32,000 nucleotides of DNA from Telmatocola sphagniphila (GTDB taxonomy: Bacteria > Planctomycetota > Planctomycetia > Gemmatales > Gemmataceae), in the NCBI RefSeq assembly GCF_018398935.1, contig NZ_CP074694.1, positions 3,180,001-3,212,000 of the forward strand, in the 5' to 3' direction. Position 1 is the stretch's first letter, and every line of letters begins with the position of its first letter. The translations under genes were made by a program, and so were the position numbers. The notes beneath the pieces are model-generated. The model was not told where the DNA came from. It saw only the letters and a program-made list of their open reading frames with translations, and did not search any database. Shown here piece by piece: positions 10,302 to 19,847 of the stretch.

Positions 10302-11357
10302 TTACGCAAAAATCTTTTTGAACCGCTCGTCCTTTTGCAGTTCGCCTTCCCGGCTGGGGGTCTCGGCAATGAGCTTTTCGACGACCACATCGGGAGTGAT
10401 GCCTTCGGAAGCGGCCGTGAAGTTCGTCAGAACGCGGTGCCGGAGTACCGGTTTGGCGAGGGCCTGAATATCTTCGACCGTCGCGTGTGAACGGCCATAG
10501 AGCAGCGCCCGAGCCTTGGCTCCCAGGATCATGAACTGCGCGGCACGTGGACCTGCCCCCCAGGACAACCAATCCTTGGCGAACTTGGGAATGCCCGGCT
10601 CGGTGACGCGCGTCTGCCGGATCAAAGCCAGGGTGTACTGAATCACGTGATCGGTCACCGGTACCTTGCGGACTACCGTCTGCAGTTCCATAATCTGCTC
10701 GCCGGTCAGCACCGCACTCGGTTCATCCATGGCCAGCGCGGTCGTGCGCTTGGCAATTTCGAATTCTTCATCGTAGGTCGGGTACTTCACGAAGACCTTG
10801 AACATGAAGCGGTCCTGTTGCGCTTCGGGCAGCGGGTAGGTCCCTTCCTGTTCGATGGGGTTCTGGGTAGCAAGTACGAAGAAGGGATTGGGTAGCCGAT
10901 GGCGGGTTCGGCCGACCGTGACTTGCCGTTCCTGCATGGCTTCCAGCAAGGCTGCCTGAGTTTTGGGCGGCGTACGGTTAATTTCGTCCGCCAGAATCAC
11001 GTTGGCGAACAACGGGCCGGAGAGGAACTTGAATTCGCGGGAGCCGGTCGTGCGATTTTCCTCGATCACTTCCGTTCCCGTGATGTCCGAAGGCATCAAG
11101 TCGGGCGTAAATTGGATGCGGCTGAAATCGAGCGAAATACAGCGTGCCAGAGTGGCGATCATCAAGGTCTTGGCCAGACCCGGCACCCCTTCGAGGATAC
11201 AGTGGCCGCGGCTGAACATGGCGATCAGCAACTCTTCGATTACCGATTCCTGACCGACGATCACGCGACCCAACTGCCGTTTAATCTCCTTGAAGGCGAC
11301 TTGCAGCTTCTGCATCGCCTCGACATCATTGCTTGCCAATTCATTAAGCTCTGACAT
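10302..11357 (-). CDS. MoxR-family AAA+ ATPase
   Basis: Walker A-like [10 protein letters not shown] and Walker B ILADEINR are present, and the length is typical of MoxR. I prefer the ATG at 11357 (MSELNEL...) because the longer ORF-track start at 11402 is a TTG. That TTG start remains a possible alternative. Confidence 0.95.
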   Translation of the reverse strand: MSELNELASNDVEAMQKLQVAFKEIKRQLGRVIVGQESVIEELLIAMFSRGHCILEGVPGLAKTLMIATLARCISLDFSRIQFTPDLMPSDITGTEVIEENRTTGSREFKFLSGPLFANVILADEINRTPPKTQAALLEAMQERQVTVGRTRHRLPNPFFVLATQNPIEQEGTYPLPEAQQDRFMFKVFVKYPTYDEEFEIAKRTTALAMDEPSAVLTGEQIMELQTVVRKVPVTDHVIQYTLALIRQTRVTEPGIPKFAKDWLSWGAGPRAAQFMILGAKARALLYGRSHATVEDIQALAKPVLRHRVLTNFTAASEGITPDVVVEKLIAETPSREGELQKDERFKKIFA

Positions 11358-11403
11358 GAATCGTTCTCGGTTAGGATGGAATTTCTGATGAGTGTGCGAC
11401 AAA

Positions 11404-12498
11404 TCATCTTTGATAAATCGGTAGGGTGGCCTTATCCAATTGCAGAATAGTCAGGTTCACGGTTGTCGTGAATACATTGCCGATGTAACCCGAACTCCAG
11501 CTACCGTCGTTCGACTGGCCCGCTTTCAAATAATCAAACATGGCCTCTTTATATTTGGTCCAGGACAATTGGTCGTCTTTTTTCGATCCGGGGAACAATC
11601 TCTCGTAACCATCGTCCCCCAGAATGTAAACGGCCTGGGCGAAGTAGTAACTCTGGTACTCGTCGTGGGACAGTCGCCCTTTGCCCACGGGAATGCTCTC
11701 TTTGCAGTATTTGATCCATTTCTTGGCATAGTCGGACGAGTAATCCCCCGAGCTGAAGGCACAAGACACCGCCGCGGCGGTCAGGGCGGGTCGCTCCTGT
11801 CCGCTAACCGCGCTCCCCGTGGCTAGACTATAGATGATGCCACCGCGAGAGGTCGTGCAGTCTTTAAGGTATTTAACGGCTTTATCGATAATCGACTTGG
11901 GAACCACGATACCGGCATTTCTGGCGGCTCGTAGGCCTTGGAGTTGGGTGATGGTCACGCTGCCTTCGTCGAAGTTTCCCCCTTCGCTCGCCGAAACATA
12001 ACCCCAGCCGCCGCGATCGGTCTGCGCTTTACCGCAGTACTCCACGGCCTTCGTCAGCATGCGTTCCAGGTCTTTACGTCGGCGTTCGTCTTCTTCTTCA
12101 CCATAAACGCTCGCCAGAAACAACAGGCCGAAGCCATGCCCGTACATGTATCGGGAGGATTCCGTGGGATTATTCGGGTTTCCCAAAAGTCCGGAAGGCT
12201 GCGATCGCTTCATGAACCATTCCACGGCCCGCCGCAAATTAGGACTGTATTTCCCTTCCCGCAGCGTGCTGCCTTCCATGAGAAAGCACATCCCGGCTAA
12301 GGCGGTCATGGTGGTCGGGTACTGCCCGCCGTTTGCTTCCCAGTTGCCTTCCCCTTTGCTTTGAGTGCTCGCCAGCCACTTCAAGCCGCGGTCGATCATC
12401 GCCTGTTGTTCGGCTTTGATCTCTTCGGCTCGGACCGCGATGGGTCCGAGACAAAATACGGCTAGAAATCCTACGGTGATGGAACGGATTGGAAACAC
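11404..12498 (-). CDS. Secreted prenyltransferase/squalene-oxidase-repeat (alpha/alpha-toroid) protein
   Basis: The ORF is 364 codons with a GTG start preceded by AGGAGAGG. It has a signal-peptide-like N-terminus ([16 protein letters not shown]). Repeated motifs of terpenoid-cyclase/prenyltransferase-like toroids are present ([28 protein letters not shown]). Confidence 0.85.
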   Translation of the reverse strand: MFPIRSITVGFLAVFCLGPIAVRAEEIKAEQQAMIDRGLKWLASTQSKGEGNWEANGGQYPTTMTALAGMCFLMEGSTLREGKYSPNLRRAVEWFMKRSQPSGLLGNPNNPTESSRYMYGHGFGLLFLASVYGEEEDERRRKDLERMLTKAVEYCGKAQTDRGGWGYVSASEGGNFDEGSVTITQLQGLRAARNAGIVVPKSIIDKAVKYLKDCTTSRGGIIYSLATGSAVSGQERPALTAAAVSCAFSSGDYSSDYAKKWIKYCKESIPVGKGRLSHDEYQSYYFAQAVYILGDDGYERLFPGSKKDDQLSWTKYKEAMFDYLKAGQSNDGSWSSGYIGNVFTTTVNLTILQLDKATLPIYQR

Positions 12499-12675
12499 GA
12501 TCCTCTCCTAAACGGAAGGGCTGCCACATTAAGTAGATGACGAGAATATCAGGACTTTCTCACCAATGCAATTGAAACGGAGAGGATTATTTCGATCCGC
12601 ATCCGGTGAGAGTATCATAATACCGAGCGCCGAACATTGCTGTAATCGGGAATCGCAAACGATTCTCAGATTCCG

Positions 12676-15600
12676 TTAATTTTTGATCATTACCGGCTTA
12701 ATCAAGACTCCGGAAGGTACTGGCAGTCCGCCATTCGAGTTGATATTCGACGTCGTCTTTAAATTGTCGGCATGAGACAACTGGATGCGAACGTCGTTAC
12801 GAATGATCTCAATCTTCTGATTTTTCTGATCGATATTCAGAGTATGGAACCAGCCTCCGTTTCCGAAGAGGGGGTTCTGCCCGAACAGGAGCATCCCCGT
12901 TTTTTTATCGAGAACGACCAGCCTGAAGATGTAGGAATTATTATTCAGCACCTGGGAACCGGCAATAAGAACCGGCATCTCCTGATAGCGGTCGATGACC
13001 AGATTCTGCTGCTCGAACTGCTCATCCGTATGCCACTGAAAAGCCCCGGTTTTACGATCGAACGCATACATAATTCCATTTAACGGAACCGTATGAATGG
13101 TGTTCGAGAGCCCCTGAATGGCCGCTACGCCGTTATTTCGATGCAAGCCAAGAAAAACCTGCTCCTTATCGAGCAAAACAATCGCGGAATCCACCTTGGC
13201 TAAATGTTCGGCCACCTTGTTGGCTTTCAATTTCGACTGAAACAGCGGTTTACCCGTCAAAGAATCAAAAAGGCTAACATCCCCCTTCAGGGTCACGAAG
13301 CCCACGACTTTACCATCGTCCGATTTCGCCAATATCGCTTTTTCCGCGGCCTCCTGCTTCCAGAGATCCTTCCCCGACAGCATATCCACCAGTCGAAGGA
13401 CTAATTTGCCATTCACGACATCGTGAGCCAATACGTTTCGTCCAAACTCCCGAATCCGTCGGCTGCGCCCCAGGAGAAGAGAATTATCGGGCACCGCCAC
13501 TTCGACACCATCGGAGGCTCGAACAGCCTTGAGCCCGGTCGCTCCGCCTCCGGTACCCGAGTTGTTGGAACTCTGCTCATAAAAGAAGATGTAATCCTGA
13601 TCGCCGAAGAGCTGGACGTTCGTTGGCAAACCCCGCTTCACCCACATTTGAGAACCGGTCAGTGGGTCCAGGGTCACCAATCCATCCCGAGTCAACAGCG
13701 CGAGATAATTCGGCTGCAGCAAGGCGATACCGCCGAGTCGGTGAACAGTGTTATCGGTGTAGTAGATGCGAAGATCCCCATCCCCATCGACATCGATCCG
13801 ATGTTGATTGTTCTGCTGCATGGGGGGATTTTTCCCAAACAGATTATACTCGGGCCAGAGTGGCTTCCGAGCCGCCAAATCGAAGGCGTAAACCATATTC
13901 ATGCATTGCAGAATCAGAATATGTCCCTTCACCTGATAGAGCCGGTTGTAGCGCAGTCCCTGATTATTAGCCAGGTAGATTCCCATGCCCTGCGGGCTTT
14001 GAAGCGGCTTGGAACGGTATTTTTCGTCCCCGGTCTGTTTATCCACGATTTTCAAAGTCCACTGATTGCCGTTACCGTTCGTTTCGACGTAAACCCGATT
14101 CCGCTCGAAAAACGGCGAGGAATCTTCATCATCCGGGATTACCTGAAAAGGCATCTGGATCATTCCGGAATTCTGATGATCTTCCTTGGCTTTCAAACGG
14201 CCATTCCAAGTAAGGTTGGATGGCTCGAGGTAAGGCAGATACCGTTTGTCGGTGATCAGATCGTTCAGGGACTGCTCTCCCGAACGGCCATCGGAGAGTT
14301 TGACCGAGGCGTATTCCGTTCCCAGTCGCTGGTACATGCGGATGGAAGATTCGAACAGATTCCGCTTCATGTACAGCTTGGCCAGCAGTTCAGTCGCGGC
14401 CACACTGACTTTCAGATCGGGAATCTTCTGCAGATTCAGAAGAATCATTTCCCCTTCCCGCATATCTTCGTCGTTGTGCGTATCGATGAGCTTGGAAGCC
14501 AGAAGCAATCTCGATTGATTACCGGCTTCCAGTTCGGGATTTCCAAATAATTTGACGAAGGACCGCAACTGCTCGAGATCATTCGATTCGCGAACCTTCT
14601 TCCAGTTCTCGTTGATCTTGTCTTCGAGAGGTTTGCGATTCTCCGGCTTGGCTGATCGCAGCATGGCTTCAATGCGACCGCGAGCCCACACATCGGGTCG
14701 GGCGCTTGTGAGCGGTTGATCCAACACGCTGACCATTTCTCGATTGCCTACCAGGGTACCAAAGGTCTGGTAATTTTCGAAGGCATCCAGCAATCGGCCT
14801 TGTTCCTGCCTTCCTTTGCCGACCATGGCGTAGAAATTCGACTTCCGACGCAGTTCCTCATCCAGTAAAGCCTGCTTCTGCACCGGTTCGACTCCCGGGG
14901 GAATCACCACGTTGCACAATTCCTTGTACTCCGTGAGATAACTTTCCGCCCGCGTGAAATCCCCCTGGATGTATTCGGTCATAGCTTCGAACAGTTTATT
15001 CCGCGCCCGAATTCTCAGATCTTCCTTCACATCCTGGCTCAAAACCTTTTTGAGAGTCACAATTGCCTTGCCCAGTTCGCCATCATCCAACTGCAACTCT
15101 CCCATGGCCGTCAGACCTTCGGGATCATTGGGATCGGCGGTCAAGCGTCGGGCCATTTCCTCTTTTTTAACCTGCAACTGGGGGAAGGCCTGCAGTTCAT
15201 AAGGAGATTGCGAGATCACATCCCCTTCGTGATAAATCAGGTTGCCGACGACAGTTTTCTTCCGAGACTTAGTCTTGGCCTCGACGGTTCCTTTGGCCAC
15301 ATCGATCGTCCAGACTTCCGGCTCCTTGGTTTCGGGAGATTCCTTAATGGGCAGTAAATACATGCCGCCACTGGCCGTACCAACTCCGGAAGGCAGGCCA
15401 ATACTGATGCTGGCCCCGACTTGGGCACCATCCACCAGGGAGAGAAATCGCACGTTCGATTTGCCGACGATCATGACTTTCTTGTCGAACACACCGGCGA
15501 CGTAGAGATCGTCGGAATTCCGCGAAGATTCCCAGCTTAAGGAGCCAGATCGCAGATCCAGGCACTGAACCGCTTCGCCGTCATAGGCGGTGAAAACGAC

Positions 15601-17664
15601 TTTATTCTGACTGATCATGGGCATCGAGACTCGCCAGCGATCCAAACTGAGATTCTGATTCGCCAGCATCTCGCCATTCATCCCAAATCCACCGCGGATG
15701 ATTCGGTTCCGACCATTGATCGGCATCTCCGGTTCCTCCGGCGGCTTCGGTCCCGCTTTGCGATACGAATGGGACCAGACGATATTTCGAGTTTGCAGGT
15801 CGATCCCCACGAGAGCGCCGGCATTAGTCGGACAGACGAGGATGCCGTCGCCGTAGGCCAGGTGAACCCCTTGAATTCGGCGGAAACTATCCTGAGGCAA
15901 CGGCGTCTGCGGCGATCCGAGAGGTTGATACCATTCGAGTTCGGGGAAATTGTCCGCTGAGATTTTGTTGGGATTGATGCAGGCGAGCATCATCTCCCGA
16001 TCCTTTTCCAGAACTACATAAATCTTCCCGGCAATTGGGAGTGGCGCTCCCAGAAAGAAGGAATCGACGAATAGTGTGGAAGCCGTCTCATTTTTACGCT
16101 CCTCCGAGACGACCTTTTTCTTGGCCCCTTCGTCCTGATCGGCGGTTTTCCAAACCATCTTTCCAGTTTCGATCTCGATGGCCGCCAGCTGATTATGCGA
16201 CACCTTGTCCGACAAGGGACCGAAACTCAGCTGCTGCCCCATCTGATTGTAATTGAAGATTTGCATCGGATGCGGAGGCACGAACAGATCATCGATGTAA
16301 TAGAGGTATTTTCCATCGTGGCTCAGAGTACCGACAAGACCGTTTTCAAACAGAATCCCCTGCGGTCCCTGGTTGGCATAGAAAGGTCGGAACCACTGAT
16401 TTTCGAAGTTACTCTTAAAAGTCTGATTGCTGACGATCTGATACAGCGAGGCCTTCGTGTTGGAACGCCAATCGAGTTCCCCAGCCTTTCTTCCATCCGG
16501 GGTATCTTTCGTCAAAACGCTGTATACGCCGTCGTAGGTGCGGAAAATGACTCGTCCGGGCAGAGTTACCGGGAAAAACGCCGGGATGGCGGCAGGATTC
16601 GAAGAACGAGCGAGCCGCTTCAGGGACTCGTCCAGATTTTGCTGAATCCATTCCATGCCTTTCTTGGTCGAAAAATCCGCGCTATCCTTGTCCGACGTGG
16701 AAAACATGTTGTAAATGGGCATCATCGAGAACGTGAACCGGGGATCCAGAAAAGGCCGGCTACCCACCCCTTGTGCATTATGAGTTGAGTCGCCTCCGAT
16801 CGTAACGTACTCTGTGGCCTCGTTGCGATTCTTCACGACGATACGATCAAACTCCGTTTTGAGCTGATCGATGGAGAACTTTCGTCCGCCGAGGGTAACC
16901 TCGTTATCCTTGGCCGACTTGATCAATTTGTCCCAGTATTCGTCGGCGGATTTCGGCTCGCCAATTCGTTTGTAGGCAATTGCCAGCTTCAGCAGCAGAC
17001 TGGAGGGCAACGACTCGTCCGGATTGCGAGTCTCGAATTTGCGAAGGGTCAGAGCCGCCATCAGATACCGGCCCCGGTCGAGATGCCAGGTTCCCAACCG
17101 GACAATGGCTTCGGCGCCGGCCTTGGTATGCAGATAGGTCGAAGCGATCTCGGCCATTTTAACCATCGGATCGCGAGTATCGGTCGATTCCGGATTGAGG
17201 GCATCTTTCAGTTTGGCCTCAGCTCTCGGGCCGTAAGTCAATTGATAGAATTCCCGGCCTTCTTTGTTGAAAGAGGCCAGAATGCGATTGAGTTCTTCCT
17301 TCAGGCTGACCTTGATCCGGATTTTTCCTTCGGTCGGATGATCGCGATAGGTCTCAACGAGTTTATCGAGGGGATCTTCGAGAAGATTCTGGATGACTTC
17401 GCAGATCTCGTTCCAGGGTACCTTCTCTTTTTTCAGGTAATCTTTAATGGCATCGACGCGCCGGGAAGCATCCCGGTCGATGAAAAGAAAAAGCCCGTCG
17501 GTAGGGTCTTCTTTCTTTTTCTTTTTGTCGTCTTTTTTGATCTCGATGGGTGCCGACTTAACGGCGATCTGACCGTAAGATACTTCGGGTGAATGGAGAA
17601 TGGCAAAGGTCAGTATCAGGCACGATCCCGCGCCAAGACGCATCCACCGGGACAGACGACGCAT
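12676..17664 (-). CDS. Giant secreted PQQ-like beta-propeller repeat / TPR protein (BamB-like repeats)
   Basis: The ORF is very long. The ATG at 17664 gives MRRLSRWMRLGAGSCLILTFAILHSP, which is signal-peptide-like; the ORF-track start at 17733 is a TTG. Recurrent G-x-x-x-W propeller motifs occur (GKMVWKT, RNIVWSH, GSLSWES, GSQMWVK, GKDLWKQ, GAFQWHT). TPR-like helical stretches are also present. Confidence 0.9.
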   Translation of the reverse strand: MRRLSRWMRLGAGSCLILTFAILHSPEVSYGQIAVKSAPIEIKKDDKKKKKEDPTDGLFLFIDRDASRRVDAIKDYLKKEKVPWNEICEVIQNLLEDPLDKLVETYRDHPTEGKIRIKVSLKEELNRILASFNKEGREFYQLTYGPRAEAKLKDALNPESTDTRDPMVKMAEIASTYLHTKAGAEAIVRLGTWHLDRGRYLMAALTLRKFETRNPDESLPSSLLLKLAIAYKRIGEPKSADEYWDKLIKSAKDNEVTLGGRKFSIDQLKTEFDRIVVKNRNEATEYVTIGGDSTHNAQGVGSRPFLDPRFTFSMMPIYNMFSTSDKDSADFSTKKGMEWIQQNLDESLKRLARSSNPAAIPAFFPVTLPGRVIFRTYDGVYSVLTKDTPDGRKAGELDWRSNTKASLYQIVSNQTFKSNFENQWFRPFYANQGPQGILFENGLVGTLSHDGKYLYYIDDLFVPPHPMQIFNYNQMGQQLSFGPLSDKVSHNQLAAIEIETGKMVWKTADQDEGAKKKVVSEERKNETASTLFVDSFFLGAPLPIAGKIYVVLEKDREMMLACINPNKISADNFPELEWYQPLGSPQTPLPQDSFRRIQGVHLAYGDGILVCPTNAGALVGIDLQTRNIVWSHSYRKAGPKPPEEPEMPINGRNRIIRGGFGMNGEMLANQNLSLDRWRVSMPMISQNKVVFTAYDGEAVQCLDLRSGSLSWESSRNSDDLYVAGVFDKKVMIVGKSNVRFLSLVDGAQVGASISIGLPSGVGTASGGMYLLPIKESPETKEPEVWTIDVAKGTVEAKTKSRKKTVVGNLIYHEGDVISQSPYELQAFPQLQVKKEEMARRLTADPNDPEGLTAMGELQLDDGELGKAIVTLKKVLSQDVKEDLRIRARNKLFEAMTEYIQGDFTRAESYLTEYKELCNVVIPPGVEPVQKQALLDEELRRKSNFYAMVGKGRQEQGRLLDAFENYQTFGTLVGNREMVSVLDQPLTSARPDVWARGRIEAMLRSAKPENRKPLEDKINENWKKVRESNDLEQLRSFVKLFGNPELEAGNQSRLLLASKLIDTHNDEDMREGEMILLNLQKIPDLKVSVAATELLAKLYMKRNLFESSIRMYQRLGTEYASVKLSDGRSGEQSLNDLITDKRYLPYLEPSNLTWNGRLKAKEDHQNSGMIQMPFQVIPDDEDSSPFFERNRVYVETNGNGNQWTLKIVDKQTGDEKYRSKPLQSPQGMGIYLANNQGLRYNRLYQVKGHILILQCMNMVYAFDLAARKPLWPEYNLFGKNPPMQQNNQHRIDVDGDGDLRIYYTDNTVHRLGGIALLQPNYLALLTRDGLVTLDPLTGSQMWVKRGLPTNVQLFGDQDYIFFYEQSSNNSGTGGGATGLKAVRASDGVEVAVPDNSLLLGRSRRIREFGRNVLAHDVVNGKLVLRLVDMLSGKDLWKQEAAEKAILAKSDDGKVVGFVTLKGDVSLFDSLTGKPLFQSKLKANKVAEHLAKVDSAIVLLDKEQVFLGLHRNNGVAAIQGLSNTIHTVPLNGIMYAFDRKTGAFQWHTDEQFEQQNLVIDRYQEMPVLIAGSQVLNNNSYIFRLVVLDKKTGMLLFGQNPLFGNGGWFHTLNIDQKNQKIEIIRNDVRIQLSHADNLKTTSNINSNGGLPVPSGVLIKPVMIKN

Positions 17665-17754
17665 CGTAGGTTCTCGCTTTTCCGGAAGGCATTTTCCTAA
17701 AACAATCATTACAGATACCAGCCGACGACTCAAGTAAAAAAGGTGTAACCCGGG

Positions 17755-18870
17755 ATGTCCGCTAATGCTAAGACGAGTCGAGACTTCCTAGAGATTCGAC
17801 GAACCAGTTCTGCCGAACGCACCTTTCGTCCGAACTATCTCTCCTTCGCCGGTACCTATCAGTGCAATCTGGAATGCCCGCACTGCTGCGTTCCCATCGA
17901 ATGGAAAGACCGTTTACCGATTGACGTAGCACTTCGTTTTCTCGAAAGCTGCCACGCTCTCGGTATTGGAATTCTAGGGTTCACCGGCGGCGAACCGTTC
18001 ATTTATCCGGAATTTGTCATCGAAGTTACTCGTCGGGCTGCCGAGCTCGGGTTTCGATTCGACAAAGTTATGACCAACGGCGTCTGGTTCGAAACCCCGG
18101 AGGAACTGGAAACGGTACTGACCAATCTCCGAGATGCCGGTTTTCGGGGCAAAATCGGTCTGAGCATCGACAAATTCCACGGCATTCACACGGGAAAACT
18201 CGTCGAATTCTGCAAAACCACCCGTCGAATTTTCAATCGGGACAATATTTTGTCGCTTTCGTATGCCAGCCCCTCCCCGGAAAAGGGCTTGGAGCCGATC
18301 CGCAAGCTCGCGGAGTCCTTGGATGCGGTGATCGAGTGGTCTGAGGTACTGAATCATTATCTCCTGGTCTCGCTCGATCTGACCATGACGCTGAATTGGA
18401 ATCATCTGGCCGCGGTCGAACGGGCCGAGAAATTGCCGAGCAAGCCGTGGGACGGGGAATGGTTTGAAGAAGACTATTGCGAAGGACCGGGCCAAGCGTT
18501 TATCGTCAATCCTAAAGGGGACGTAAAGCCTTGCTGCGGCTTTGCTTCCGATCTGGATCAGCTGACTATCGGCAATATTCACCACCAAACGGCTCAGGAG
18601 ATTCTGGAAGCAGGCCGAAATCATCCTTTTGTCGGGCACCTTTTCCGACACGGGCTGTCCTACTTTAAGGACCAGATTTTACAGGAAAAGCCTGAAGCTC
18701 TACCCGGCCAAACCAGCAATCATTGCTATTTTTGCTGGCATATCCTGACGCGTGGCTTGGTTCACGGTCTGCCCGGCGGCGGCGGTCAGATCGGCAACTG
18801 GACGGGATCTCGAGAAAACGCATTTGGCGAACTTGTGAGCCTGGGAACGACTCTTATTCGTAAGGCGTAG
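17755..18870 (+). CDS. Radical SAM enzyme with a partial SPASM/twitch-like C-terminal cysteine motif
   Basis: It has the CxxxCxxC cluster CNLECPHC and the GFTGGEPF SAM-binding motif. The C-terminal region contains CEGPGQAFIVNPKGDVKPCCGF (a Cx(n)GxxxxC pattern) and NHCYFCWH. It starts with an ATG and is divergent from the propeller gene. Confidence 0.9.
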   Translation: MSANAKTSRDFLEIRRTSSAERTFRPNYLSFAGTYQCNLECPHCCVPIEWKDRLPIDVALRFLESCHALGIGILGFTGGEPFIYPEFVIEVTRRAAELGFRFDKVMTNGVWFETPEELETVLTNLRDAGFRGKIGLSIDKFHGIHTGKLVEFCKTTRRIFNRDNILSLSYASPSPEKGLEPIRKLAESLDAVIEWSEVLNHYLLVSLDLTMTLNWNHLAAVERAEKLPSKPWDGEWFEEDYCEGPGQAFIVNPKGDVKPCCGFASDLDQLTIGNIHHQTAQEILEAGRNHPFVGHLFRHGLSYFKDQILQEKPEALPGQTSNHCYFCWHILTRGLVHGLPGGGGQIGNWTGSRENAFGELVSLGTTLIRKA

Positions 18871-18931
18871 ACTATTGGCCGCGAAAGCTTAGAATGCTAG
18901 GTACAAAAACGCAGTGAATGCGGCGTTTCAC

Positions 18932-19005
18932 GCACCCGTAGCACAATTGGATAGTGCGTAGCCCTCCGAAGGCTAAGGTTACAGGTTCGACTCCTGTCGG
19001 GTGCA
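18932..19005 (+). tRNA. tRNA-Arg (anticodon CCG), no encoded CCA
   Basis: I folded the cloverleaf by hand. The acceptor stem pairs GCACCCG with CGGGTGC, and the D stem pairs GCAC with GTGC. The anticodon stem pairs TAGCC with GGCTA, with loop CTCCGAA giving anticodon CCG. The variable loop is 5 nt, the T arm is ACAGG-TTCGACT-CCTGT, and the discriminator is A. Total length is 74 nt. Confidence 0.95.
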
Positions 19006-19847
19006 GATTCTTAATTCTTGCCCAATCGACACTTGCGTCGATTACAATTCAAAAATTAGAATCCAGATCTACACCCTCCGGGTAAAATTACACCCGACGC
19101 AGTTCAAACAAGATGATTCCTCAGAAAAATTCCACAAATAAATAGTTTACTTATTAAGTGAAGCAGACTTACTTTGGTAGAGACAAGTCGAAGGTCATCA
19201 AACTTACTATGTTCGGCGGATCGCAGATCTCATTCGCCAGATCAAGAAATTGATTGGCCCCGGCTCGGCACTCTGTAGTTGAAGTTGACTGATGCCGCTT
19301 CATCGCCCAGGAGCAGTTTCAATCGGATGATCCTCATCGGATTAGGACTCCCAATTTAAAATCTTATCTAAGTGCATCGCCCTTTACACGCGAAATCATG
19401 ACTTCGCAGAATTGAAACACTCGCAAGGTCACCCGGCCGCGCGGGCTGTGCTGGCGTTGTTTCAAGACTCCTGAGATTCGCAGGATTTACGCCGCTGGTT
19501 CTCCGGGCTGACATCGAGGCCCTTCCGCGAATGGTGGGCTGATGCGAGATCAACAACATGCAACCGATGCGCGGCCTGGCAGTGAAGAAAAGATAGCTGT
19601 TCTCGCGAGTCGAGCCGCTCGGGGCGAGCGTCTGTTTCATCCGGAGGATGAGAGGTTGTGATAAGCGAAGAACAAAATTTGAAGCCACCTATTTCGCGGG
19701 CCGCTCACGGTGGCCGCGGGTGGGGGAGCCGTCCGGGCGGGGGTCTGGGCGGCTCTTGTTTGCAGCACATTTATGGCGTTTTTTACAGTTCACTAATTAC
19801 AATGAGCAAGGAGTATCCAAACTGAATTCACTCAGAGAGCTTACTTT

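Noticed and set aside
12676-18870. The idea that the radical-SAM gene next to a PQQ-like repeat protein marks a PQQ biosynthesis (PqqE) locus.
   Set aside because: No pqqA, pqqB, pqqC or pqqD genes are present. PQQ-like here refers only to the beta-propeller repeat fold of the neighbouring protein.
19060-19100. A CACCCGAC segment resembling the reverse complement of the tRNA acceptor 3' strand, considered as a possible att site.
   Set aside because: It is in inverted orientation and matches only about 9 of 11 nt. I found no direct repeat of the tRNA 3' end anywhere in 19006-23877.
19368-19688. A 106-codon minus-strand ORF in the island's GC-rich patch.
   Set aside because: The translation is rich in R, S, P and T with no recognisable motif, no RBS and no plausible start context. 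It is probably an artefact of local GC richness. The opposite-strand 39-codon ORF reads more like protein.
19751-19758. GGCTCTTG, which resembles the start of the ISL3 terminal repeat (GGCTCTTCCG).
   Set aside because: Only 7 nt match, and there is no partner repeat or transposase remnant nearby. It is too short to call a solo IR.
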